DNA from: Armatimonadota bacterium | GTDB taxonomy: Bacteria > Sysuimicrobiota > Sysuimicrobiia > Sysuimicrobiales > Kaftiobacteriaceae | NCBI GenBank assembly: GCA_037440005.1 | Contig: JBBIUY010000055.1 | Location: 1 to 11,360 of the forward strand | DNA: 11,360 nucleotides | Direction: 5' to 3' | Shown: in pieces, positions 1-6,824 of the stretch | Layout: each line of letters starts with the position of its first letter | How positions within the stretch are numbered: the first letter of the stretch is position 1 | Position numbers and translations under genes: made by a program | Notes under the pieces: model-generated | Database searches by the model: none | Seen by the model: only the letters and a program-made list of their open reading frames with translations | Told to the model about the DNA's origin: nothing

Positions 1-55
1 GAGCACCTGGTTTGCAACCAGGGGGTCGGGGGTTCGAATCCCCTCGTCTCCACCA
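1..55 (+). tRNA. tRNA-Ala(UGC), 5' end lies outside the window
   Basis: Anticodon arm CCTGG-TT-TGC-AA-CCAGG (anticodon 13-15); T arm GGGGG-TTCGAAT-CCCCT; acceptor 3' strand CGTCTCC with U at the position-70 equivalent (Ala identity G3:U70); discriminator A52; encoded CCA at 53-55. Confidence 0.96.
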
Positions 56-158
56 GGCCCTGTTGCACCAGGCGGTCGCGAGCGAGCGGAGAGCAGGCGC
101 GGCCGTTCCCTGCTGCGCGCGAGGCGGCTGGGGAGGGGGCCCGGCCACGAAATTGCGC

Positions 159-187
159 TTGCGTTTTGTCCTCTTCCGTGAGATACT
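159..187 (+). promoter_or_regulatory. sigma70-type promoter of the cold-shock gene
   Basis: TTGCGT (159-164), 17-bp spacer, GATACT (182-187), with an extended -10 TG at 179-180, inside an AT-richer patch. Confidence 0.7.
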
Positions 188-249
188 GAGCGGGCGTTAC
201 AGAACCGGAACGGCTCTGTGATAGCCTGCAGGACAAAGGTGGTAGATCG

Positions 250-456
250 ATGGCAACAGGTACTGTCAAGTGGTTCAACAGCGAGAAGGGGTACGGCTTC
301 ATCACCCCCGAAGACGGCGGCAAGGACGTCTTCGTGCACTTCAGCGGCATCGACGGCGCCGGCTACCGCTCGCTGACCGAGGGTCAGAAGGTGGAGTACA
401 CCGTGACCCAGGGCCAGAAGGGCCCCCAGGCCACGGGTGTGCGGCCCATCGGCTAG
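250..456 (+). CDS. cspA: Cold-shock protein (CspA family), 68 aa
   Basis: GTVKWFN, RNP1 KGYGFI, RNP2 VFVHFS, C-terminal QKGPQA; SD-like AAAGGTGGT upstream. The symbol is family-level only. Confidence 0.97.
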   Translation: MATGTVKWFNSEKGYGFITPEDGGKDVFVHFSGIDGAGYRSLTEGQKVEYTVTQGQKGPQATGVRPIG

Positions 457-480
457 AGGGCATCGCGCGAGCACGTGGAC

Positions 481-516
481 CGGGGCCCGGGTGCACAGCC
501 CGGGCCCCGCTGTTTT
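481..516 (+). terminator. Rho-independent terminator after csp
   Basis: Perfect 11-bp stem CGGGGCCCGGG (481-491)/CCCGGGCCCCG (499-509), 7-nt loop, followed by CTGTTTT. Confidence 0.75.
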
Positions 517-573
517 CCTGCACGCCCCGGCCAGGGGAGCGCCCCCGGCGCGTCCAACATCTGTGAGTGTCCC

Positions 574-1533
574 ATGGGACGCCCTCGCATCCTGCTCGCC
601 GAACCCATCCACCCCGACGGCCTCGCCCTGCTGCAGCAGTCCGCCGACGTGACCGTCCTGCCCGCACCGCAGCCCCACGCCCTGCGGGCCGCCCTGGCCG
701 ACGCCGACGGGGTGATCGTCCGCCTGACCCGCCTGGGGCCGGAGGAGATCGCAGCGGCCCCTCGCCTGCGGGTCATCGGCCGCCACGGCGTGGGCGTGGA
801 TAACGTGGACCTGGCCGCGGCCACCCGGCGGCGCATCCCGGTGGTCTACACCCCCGGCGTCAACGCCGTGTCGGTGGCGGAGCACACCCTGGCGCTGCTG
901 CTGGCGGTGGCCAAACGCGTGGTGGAGTTCGACCGGGCGGTGCGCGAGGGGCGGTGGCAGGCCCGGGACGAGATCTGGGGGCTGGAGCTGGCCGGTTGCA
1001 CCGTCGGCGTGGTGGGCGTGGGGGCGGTGGGCCGCGAGGTGGCGCAGCGGTGCCGCGCCCTGGGCATGCGGGTCCTGGGCTACGACCCCTACGCGGCCGG
1101 GATGCCGGCGGGAGTCGAGCGGGCGGAGTCGCTGGAGGAGTTGCTGGCGCAGTCCGACGTGGTCACCGTCCACGTCCCCCTGACGCCGCAGACCCGCCAC
1201 CTGCTGGGCCGCCGGGAGCTGGCGCTCCTGAGGCCGGGGGCGGTGCTGGTCAACACCAGCCGGGGCGAGGTGGTGGACGAGGAGGCGCTGGCCGAAGCAT
1301 TGGCCGGCGGCCGCCTGGCCGGCGCCGGGCTGGACGTCTTCGGCACCGAGCCGCCCCCGCGCGACCACCCGCTGCTGCGGGCCCCGCGCACGGTGGTGAC
1401 CCCGCACGCGGCCTCCCACACCGCCGACGCCCTGCGCCGGATGGCGGTGGCCGTGGCCGAACAGGTCCTGGCCGTGCTGGCCGGCCGGCGGCCGGAGCAC
1501 GTCGCCAATCCCGAAGTGTACCAGGCGCCCTGA
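574..1533 (+). CDS. D-isomer-specific 2-hydroxyacid dehydrogenase (phosphoglycerate dehydrogenase-like, no ACT domain), 319 aa
   Basis: RHGVGVDNVD, NAVSVAEH, Rossmann GVGAVG, YDPY, HVPLTPQT, catalytic R (NTSRG), E (DVFGTEP) and H (TPH). Start set at ATG 574 because the ORF-track extension runs through the terminator. Confidence 0.9.
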   Translation: MGRPRILLAEPIHPDGLALLQQSADVTVLPAPQPHALRAALADADGVIVRLTRLGPEEIAAAPRLRVIGRHGVGVDNVDLAAATRRRIPVVYTPGVNAVSVAEHTLALLLAVAKRVVEFDRAVREGRWQARDEIWGLELAGCTVGVVGVGAVGREVAQRCRALGMRVLGYDPYAAGMPAGVERAESLEELLAQSDVVTVHVPLTPQTRHLLGRRELALLRPGAVLVNTSRGEVVDEEALAEALAGGRLAGAGLDVFGTEPPPRDHPLLRAPRTVVTPHAASHTADALRRMAVAVAEQVLAVLAGRRPEHVANPEVYQAP

Positions 1534-1574
1534 TCCATGCTGTCGCCGACGTCTCTTTCCGGAAGGAGGAGCCC

Positions 1575-2354
1575 ATGCTCGTCAACAGGGTGAAGCAGTT
1601 GCTCGCGGACGGCCGGCCGGCCATCGGCCAGTGGCTGAGCCTGCCCTCAGCGGCGGTGGCCGAGGTCTTGGCCCTGGCCGGGATGGACTGGCTGGTGGTC
1701 GACACCGAGCACGGTCCCGCCGACTGGGAGACGGTGGAGGACATCGTCCGGGCCATCGAAGGCGCGGGGGTCACCCCGCTGGTGCGGGTGGTGGCCAACG
1801 ATCCGGCGCTGATCAAGAAGGCTTTGGACCGGGGCGCGCTGGGGGTGGTGGTGCCCCTGGTGCACACCGCCGCCCAGGCCCAGGCGGCGGTGGCGGCCGC
1901 GCGCTTTCCGCCTGACGGCATCCGGGGCGTCGCCGGCACCCGCGCCAGCCGCTACGGACGCGACCTGCCCCAGTACCTGGCCGAGTGGAACCGCCAGGTC
2001 CTGGTCGCCTGCCAGGTGGAGACCCCCGAGGCCGTCCGCCACGCCGACGCGATCGCGGCGGTGCCCGGCGTGGACGTGCTGTTCGTGGGACCCAGCGACC
2101 TGTCGGCCAACCTGGGCTGCTTCCGCCAGTTCGACCACCCGGACTTCGTCGCGGCCCTGGACCGCATCCTCACCGCCGCCCGGACCCACGGCAAGGCCGC
2201 CGGGATCATGGCGGCCGGAGCGGAGGACGCCCTGGCCCGGGTGGACCAGGGGTTCCGCTTCATCTCGGTGGGATCGGACACCCGCATGCTCGCCGCCGCC
2301 GCGGCCGCCGCTCACGACCGGGTGCGGGCCGGGCTGGCCGAGCGCGGGTGGTGA
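1575..2354 (+). CDS. HpcH/HpaI-family class II pyruvate aldolase, 259 aa
   Basis: NRVKQLL...GQWL, VDTEHG, LVRV, IKKALDRGA, RFPPDGIRG, QVETPEAV, FVGPSDLS; strong SD AAGGAGGA before ATG 1575. Confidence 0.92.
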   Translation: MLVNRVKQLLADGRPAIGQWLSLPSAAVAEVLALAGMDWLVVDTEHGPADWETVEDIVRAIEGAGVTPLVRVVANDPALIKKALDRGALGVVVPLVHTAAQAQAAVAAARFPPDGIRGVAGTRASRYGRDLPQYLAEWNRQVLVACQVETPEAVRHADAIAAVPGVDVLFVGPSDLSANLGCFRQFDHPDFVAALDRILTAARTHGKAAGIMAAGAEDALARVDQGFRFISVGSDTRMLAAAAAAAHDRVRAGLAERGW

Positions 2355-2397
2355 CGGCCGCGCGGGTATTGGCCTGTCCGCGGTCGGCCCGGTGCGG

Positions 2398-2403
2398 TAC
2401 GCT
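2398..2403 (+). promoter_or_regulatory. Possible -10 element upstream of the structured spacer and fakA-like gene
   Basis: TACGCT fits TANNNT; no convincing -35 at 16-18 bp. Confidence 0.3.
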
Positions 2404-2407
2404 GGTC

Positions 2408-2498
2408 GTGGGAGCGGCGCGGCCGGGGCGGGCCCGCACAGGGAGGCATTCATCCATCGGGTGATCGGCTCCGCGCCGGCCAAGACGCCGCATCCCGC
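2408..2498 (+). ncRNA. Candidate structured RNA or leader (long irregular hairpin); family and strand not established
   Basis: Nested stems 2408-2413/2493-2498, 2414-2419/2486-2491, 2421-2426/2476-2481, 2428-2431/2471-2474 and 2432-2434/2467-2469. Confidence 0.3.
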
Positions 2499-2525
2499 AC
2501 ACGCCAGGGGGAGCGGGGGCCGGCG

Positions 2526-3398
2526 ATGCGTCCTCTGACGGGGCAAGCGCTGCTGGCCGGGGCGGAGGCCGCCCTCGCGGCGCTGCGCCGGGTGAGGGAG
2601 AGCCTGGACGCTCTGAACGTCTTCCCGGTGGCCGACCACGACACGGGGACCAACATGGCCCTGACGCTGGAGGCGGCTGTGGCCGAAGCGCGGGGGGTGC
2701 CGGCGGAGCTCAACGACGTCAGTCACGCCCTGGCCCGGGGCGCGTTCCGGGCGGCCCGGGGGAGTTCCGGCGTCCTGCTGGCGGAGTTCCTGCGCGGGCT
2801 GGCCGAGGGGTTTGCGGGCGTGACGGCCGCCGGCGCCCACGTCGTCCGGGACGCCCTGCGGCGGGGAGCCCGGAGGGCGCGGCGGGCAGTCGCCCATCCC
2901 GTGGAGGGGACGTTTCTGACCGTGGCCGACGCCGCCGCCGAGGGAGCGCACGGCGCCACGGCGGCCGAGGCGCTGCGCGGGGCCACTGCGGCGGCGCGGG
3001 TGGCGCTGGCCCACACGCCCGACCACCTGGACGTCCTGCGGGCCGCCGGAGTGGTGGACGCCGGAGCGGCCGGACTGGTGGTGTTCCTGCAGGCGCTGGC
3101 TGCCACCGTCCACCCGCAGGAGGGTGAACCGCTGCCCCTGGGCGCCCCCTCCGCCCCCGTGGCGCAGGCCGGCGCGGGGGACCTTTCAACGCTCTTCTGC
3201 ACCCAGGTGGTGCTGCGCGCCGGAAGACCCGACCTCCCCCAGGCGGTGCGGCACCTGGGAGATGCGGTGATCGTCGCCGAGCAGGAAGGCCTGGTCCGGG
3301 TCCACCTGCACACCGCCTCGCCGCAGGCTGCAGTCCGCGCGCTGCGCGGCCTCGGCGCCGTGGAGCAGTTCACCGTGACCCGCATCCGTCCGGCCTGA
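2526..3398 (+). CDS. DAK2-domain protein, fatty acid kinase FakA-like, lacking the C-terminal domain, 290 aa
   Basis: LNVFPVADHDTGTNMALT, ARGSSGVLL, PVEGTFLTV, VVDAGAAGL, then middle-domain motifs FCTQ and VRVHLHT; SD GGGGAG upstream. Confidence 0.88.
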   Translation: MRPLTGQALLAGAEAALAALRRVRESLDALNVFPVADHDTGTNMALTLEAAVAEARGVPAELNDVSHALARGAFRAARGSSGVLLAEFLRGLAEGFAGVTAAGAHVVRDALRRGARRARRAVAHPVEGTFLTVADAAAEGAHGATAAEALRGATAAARVALAHTPDHLDVLRAAGVVDAGAAGLVVFLQALAATVHPQEGEPLPLGAPSAPVAQAGAGDLSTLFCTQVVLRAGRPDLPQAVRHLGDAVIVAEQEGLVRVHLHTASPQAAVRALRGLGAVEQFTVTRIRPA

Positions 3399-3399
3399 G

Positions 3400-4245
3400 T
3401 CAGTCCGGAAGAGGAAGCCAGGCCACCCCCACCACCTGCGGCCCGGTGTGGGCCGCCATCACCGGGGTGAACGGGACCACCCACAGCTCGTCAGGACCCA
3501 GGGAGCGCAGGTCGGCGGCCAATCTGTCGGCCTCCTGGGGGGCGTCCGCGTGGGTGACGGCAGCCAGCAGGCGGCGACAGCGCCGACGGTCCCGGGCCGG
3601 ACCGGCCAGCAGGCGGGCGCGGACGCCGGAGGAGGTGCGCGCCACCCCTGCCGGACGCACGACGCCGTCGGCCAGGCTGAACAACGGCTTCACTCCCGCC
3701 CGCTCGGCCAGCGAGCCGGCGATGCCCGGCACCCGCCCGCTGCGCGCCAGGTGGCGCAGGTCGGAGACGGCCGCCACCAGCCGAGCCGCGCGGCGGGCCT
3801 CCTGCAGCCATTCCAGGACGCGGCCGGTGTCCTGCCCGTCCTGAAGCCTGCGGGCGATCTCCGCCGCCAGCAGCCCTTCGGCGGCGGCGGCGGTGCGGGT
3901 GTCCACCACGTGGACGGGGATGGGCGAGTCGGCGGCCGCCAGGCGGGCGTTCTGCCAGGCGGCCGACAGGTCGGCGTGCAGGGTGAGGACCACCGCCTCC
4001 GCCGCTCCGCCCTCGGCGGCGGCCCGGTAGGCGTCCAGGAAGTCCGCAGGCGAGGGGGCCGACGTGGTGGGGTACGGAGGGCCTTCCCGCAGCCACCGGT
4101 AAAACTGGTCGGGCGTCACGTCCACGCCGTCGCGGTAACTGCGGTCCCCGCGTACGATCCACAGGGGGACGACGACGATCCCCAGATCCCGGCAGACGTC
4201 CGGGGGGACGCCGCTGGTGCTTTCGGTGACGACGGCCGCAGGCAC
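3400..4245 (-). CDS. degV: DegV/EDD-family fatty-acid-binding protein (FakB-like), 281 aa
   Basis: VVTEST, YRDGVD, PTTSAPSP, DLSAA, VVDT, HLARSGRV, VKP, AHTGP; GTG start with a 9-bp gap after the plsY-like stop. Confidence 0.92.
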   Translation of the reverse strand: MPAAVVTESTSGVPPDVCRDLGIVVVPLWIVRGDRSYRDGVDVTPDQFYRWLREGPPYPTTSAPSPADFLDAYRAAAEGGAAEAVVLTLHADLSAAWQNARLAAADSPIPVHVVDTRTAAAAEGLLAAEIARRLQDGQDTGRVLEWLQEARRAARLVAAVSDLRHLARSGRVPGIAGSLAERAGVKPLFSLADGVVRPAGVARTSSGVRARLLAGPARDRRRCRRLLAAVTHADAPQEADRLAADLRSLGPDELWVVPFTPVMAAHTGPQVVGVAWLPLPD

Positions 4246-4254
4246 GGGCCCGCC

Positions 4255-4839
4255 TTAGGGGGGAACCGCCCACCGGCGGGACGTCAGCCGGGCGTACAGC
4301 CAGGGCAGCTGGCGGACGGCCACCACGGCGGTGATGACGGTGGCCGCCAGCAGGGCCTGGGGGTCGTCCAGGCGGGCGAGCCCGACCAGCGTGAGGGGAA
4401 GTCCCACGATCCCCACCGTGGGGACCCACCGCGTGAGCAGCCCCGCCAGCGCCCCGACCAGGAAGGCGAGCAGGAACACCCGGGGGTGGATGACCAGCAG
4501 CGCGCCGGCCGCCGGGCCCAGCCCGCGCCCGCCCCGGAAGCGGAAGTACGCCGGCCAGTTGTGGCCGACCGCCGCCGACGCGGCGATGACGGCGAAGGCC
4601 GTCGGAGAGGACGCATAGCGGCCCGCCAGCCAGGCCGCCAGCGCCCCCTTGGCCATGTCGAAGGCGATCACCGGTACCGCGATCCGGGGGCCCAGCAGGC
4701 GCCAGGTGCCCGCGCCACCGGGGTTGTCGTTCAGGTCGGCCGCGCTGACGCCCCGCAGGCGGCGCACGGCGATCTCGCCGGGCAGGACGCCGCCCGCCAG
4801 GTAGCCCGCCAGGGCCGCGGCCAGGTCGGAGGCCGTCAT
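4255..4839 (-). CDS. plsY: PlsY-family (glycerol-3-phosphate acyltransferase-like) membrane protein with divergent motifs, 194 aa
   Basis: GYLAGG, NPG...WRLLG, FDMAKG, GHNWPAYFRFRGGRG and several hydrophobic helices; SD GGAG before ATG 4839. Family is clear, activity is uncertain. Confidence 0.85.
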   Translation of the reverse strand: MTASDLAAALAGYLAGGVLPGEIAVRRLRGVSAADLNDNPGGAGTWRLLGPRIAVPVIAFDMAKGALAAWLAGRYASSPTAFAVIAASAAVGHNWPAYFRFRGGRGLGPAAGALLVIHPRVFLLAFLVGALAGLLTRWVPTVGIVGLPLTLVGLARLDDPQALLAATVITAVVAVRQLPWLYARLTSRRWAVPP

Positions 4840-4855
4840 GGTCGTCTCCGCCCTC

Positions 4856-4861
4856 AGGATA
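4856..4861 (-). promoter_or_regulatory. Possible -10 element for plsY-degV
   Basis: TATCCT on the - strand 16 nt upstream of the ATG; weak TTCCTT 18 bp further upstream. Confidence 0.4.
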
Positions 4862-4926
4862 CAGGAGGGGCCCGCGGGGAAGGAAGGCCGCCCGGGACGG
4901 GAGAAACGCACCCGCAAGATCCCACC

Positions 4927-5874
4927 ATGGAAGCCTATCAGGCGGTCAGGCAGCGCCTGGCCTCCGGGGACACCGTCCTGCTGGACGGCGGGATCGGGAC
5001 CGAACTGGTCCGCCGGGGCGTCCGGTGGCGGTGGCACGGCCTGCGGACCGATCCCGAGGCCGTGCGGGCCGTCCACGAGGACTATGTGCGCGCCGGCGCC
5101 GACGTCATCCGCACCAACACCTTCCAGCTCAACCACCGGACCTACCTGAACGTCTTCCGCGACCGGGACCACATGCGCCGCATCGGCGCCCCCGATCTGG
5201 ACCGCCGGGCCACCGACCTCGTCCGCCTGGCGGTGCGGCTGGCCCGGCAGGCGGCGGAGGCGGGAAGCCGGCGTCCGGCCGTGGCCGGGGTGCTGTCGCC
5301 CCTCAACCACTGCTTCCGGCCCGACCTGGCGCTCTCCGACGCCGAGGCCGAAGCGGAGCACCGGGAGATCGCGCTGGCGATGGCCGACGAAGGCGTCGAC
5401 CTGTTCCTGCTGGAGTCCATGAACACGGTGCGGGAAGCGCTGGCGGCCCTGCGGGCGGCCCGGCAGACCGGCCGGCCGGTGTGGGTGAGCTTCGTGCTGG
5501 GGCCCGAAGGCCGCGTGTTGGGAGGGGAGCCGCTGGCCGACGCCGCGGCGGCGGTCGCCGCCGGCGGGGCCGCGGCGGTGCTGGTCAACTGCGTGCCGCC
5601 CGACGACGTCACCCGGGCGCTGCCCGTCCTGCTGCGGGCGGTGTCGGTCCCCGCGGGCGGGTTCGCCCACATCGGCCGGTTCGACCCGCCCAGCTGGAAG
5701 TTCGAGTTCTTCCCCCAGTTCACCGGCACCGACGAGTGGCCGCCGGAACGGTACGCGGCGGTCGCCGACGCCTGGCGGCGGGCCGGGGCGCGGATCCTGG
5801 GAGGGTGCTGCGGGACCACGCCCGCCCACGTCGCCGTCCTCCGCCGGACCCTGGACGCGGCGGCGGCCCGGTGA
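4927..5874 (+). CDS. Homocysteine S-methyltransferase-family protein, paralog 1, 315 aa
   Basis: LLDGGIGTEL, VHEDYVRAGADVIRTNTF, GVDLFLLESM, Zn ligands LVNC and GGCCGTTPAH; ATG 4927 aligns with the start of paralog 2. Confidence 0.92.
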   Translation: MEAYQAVRQRLASGDTVLLDGGIGTELVRRGVRWRWHGLRTDPEAVRAVHEDYVRAGADVIRTNTFQLNHRTYLNVFRDRDHMRRIGAPDLDRRATDLVRLAVRLARQAAEAGSRRPAVAGVLSPLNHCFRPDLALSDAEAEAEHREIALAMADEGVDLFLLESMNTVREALAALRAARQTGRPVWVSFVLGPEGRVLGGEPLADAAAAVAAGGAAAVLVNCVPPDDVTRALPVLLRAVSVPAGGFAHIGRFDPPSWKFEFFPQFTGTDEWPPERYAAVADAWRRAGARILGGCCGTTPAHVAVLRRTLDAAAAR

Positions 5875-5881
5875 GGCGGTC

Positions 5882-6811
5882 ATGAGCGCCTACGACGCGA
5901 TCCGGGAGCGACTGCGGCGGGGCCAGGTGGTGATCCTGGACGGGGCCATCGGCACCGAGATCCTGCGCCGGGACCTGTCGTGGGCCGACCACCAGGTGAT
6001 GAGTCACCCCGACAAGATCCGCGCCATCCACGAGGACTACATCCGCGCCGGCGCCGACGTGATCACCACCAACACCTTCCAGCTCACCCGCCGCAGCTTC
6101 GCCAGCCACTTCCGCGACCTGGAGCACATGCGCCACATCGGCGCCCGGGACCTGGACGTGCGGTGGGCCCACGCGCTGCGGGCGGCGGTGGCCCTGGCCC
6201 GGACCGCCCGCGCCGCGGCGGTCGGGGACCGCCCGGTGGCCATCGCGGGATCGGTGACCACCCTGGAGTGGTGCTTCCGGCCCGACCTGGCGCCCCCGCC
6301 CGACCAGGCCCGCCGGGAGTACCGGGAAGTGGTGGACGTGCTGGCGGACGCCGGCGTGGACCTGGTCCTGCTGGAGACCGTCAACAGCGTCGGCGAAGCC
6401 CGCGTGGCCCTGGAGGCGGTCCGCGAGCGCGGGCTGCCGGCGTGGGTGAGTTTCGTGTGCGACGAGCGCGGCCGGCTGTTCACCGGCGAGACCCTCGCCG
6501 ACGCGGTGGCCGCCCTCAGCCCCCTGCAGCCCGACGCGCTGCTGGTGAACTGCGCCCCGCCGCCGGACGCCACCGCGGGACTGCGGGAGCTGGCCGCCCA
6601 CCGCCGCCAGCCCGTCGGCCTGTATCCCCACGTCGGCCGGTTCGACCCGCCCGAGTGGATGTTCACCGACGAGTACCCGCCCCCGGTGTACCTGGACTGG
6701 GCGCGGCGGTGGGTGGAGATGGGTGCGCAGATCGTCGGGGGGTGCTGCGGGACGACCCCGGAGCACATCGCGCTCCTCAGCGCGCACCTCCGGGGCCCAC
6801 ACAGCCGGTGA
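5882..6811 (+). CDS. Homocysteine S-methyltransferase-family protein, paralog 2, 309 aa
   Basis: ILDGAIGTEI, IHEDYIRAGADVITTNTF, GVDLVLLETV, LVNC, GGCCGTTPEHI; SD-like GAGG overlapping the paralog 1 stop, 7-bp gap. Confidence 0.93.
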   Translation: MSAYDAIRERLRRGQVVILDGAIGTEILRRDLSWADHQVMSHPDKIRAIHEDYIRAGADVITTNTFQLTRRSFASHFRDLEHMRHIGARDLDVRWAHALRAAVALARTARAAAVGDRPVAIAGSVTTLEWCFRPDLAPPPDQARREYREVVDVLADAGVDLVLLETVNSVGEARVALEAVRERGLPAWVSFVCDERGRLFTGETLADAVAALSPLQPDALLVNCAPPPDATAGLRELAAHRRQPVGLYPHVGRFDPPEWMFTDEYPPPVYLDWARRWVEMGAQIVGGCCGTTPEHIALLSAHLRGPHSR

Positions 6812-6824
6812 GGGAGGGGAGAGC

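Noticed and set aside
12..221. 69-aa ORF over the tRNA
   Set aside because: It overlaps the tRNA and the csp promoter and has no coding signals.
475..573. N-terminal extension of the dehydrogenase ORF
   Set aside because: It runs through the csp terminator; family similarity starts at MGRPRILL (574).
954..1574. Long N-terminal extension of the aldolase ORF
   Set aside because: Out-of-frame overlap with the dehydrogenase; a strong SD marks ATG 1575.
2441..2472. GGGAGGCATTCATCC resembling the start of a fluoride riboswitch
   Set aside because: Lacks the GAUG core and the 3' UGAUGACnCCUAC-type element; the downstream gene is unrelated to fluoride.
4874..4891. GGAAGGAAG resembling SRP RNA helix 8
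   Set aside because: The stem closing the GGAA tetraloop and the downstream GCAGC are missing.
3448..4926. Apparent 808-aa methyltransferase fusion
   Set aside because: The upstream part is the stop-free antisense frame of degV and plsY, a typical high-GC artefact.
4840..5883. Apparent 542-aa PlsY with a large N-terminal domain
   Set aside because: The extension is antisense to methyltransferase 1; SD and family similarity begin at 4839.
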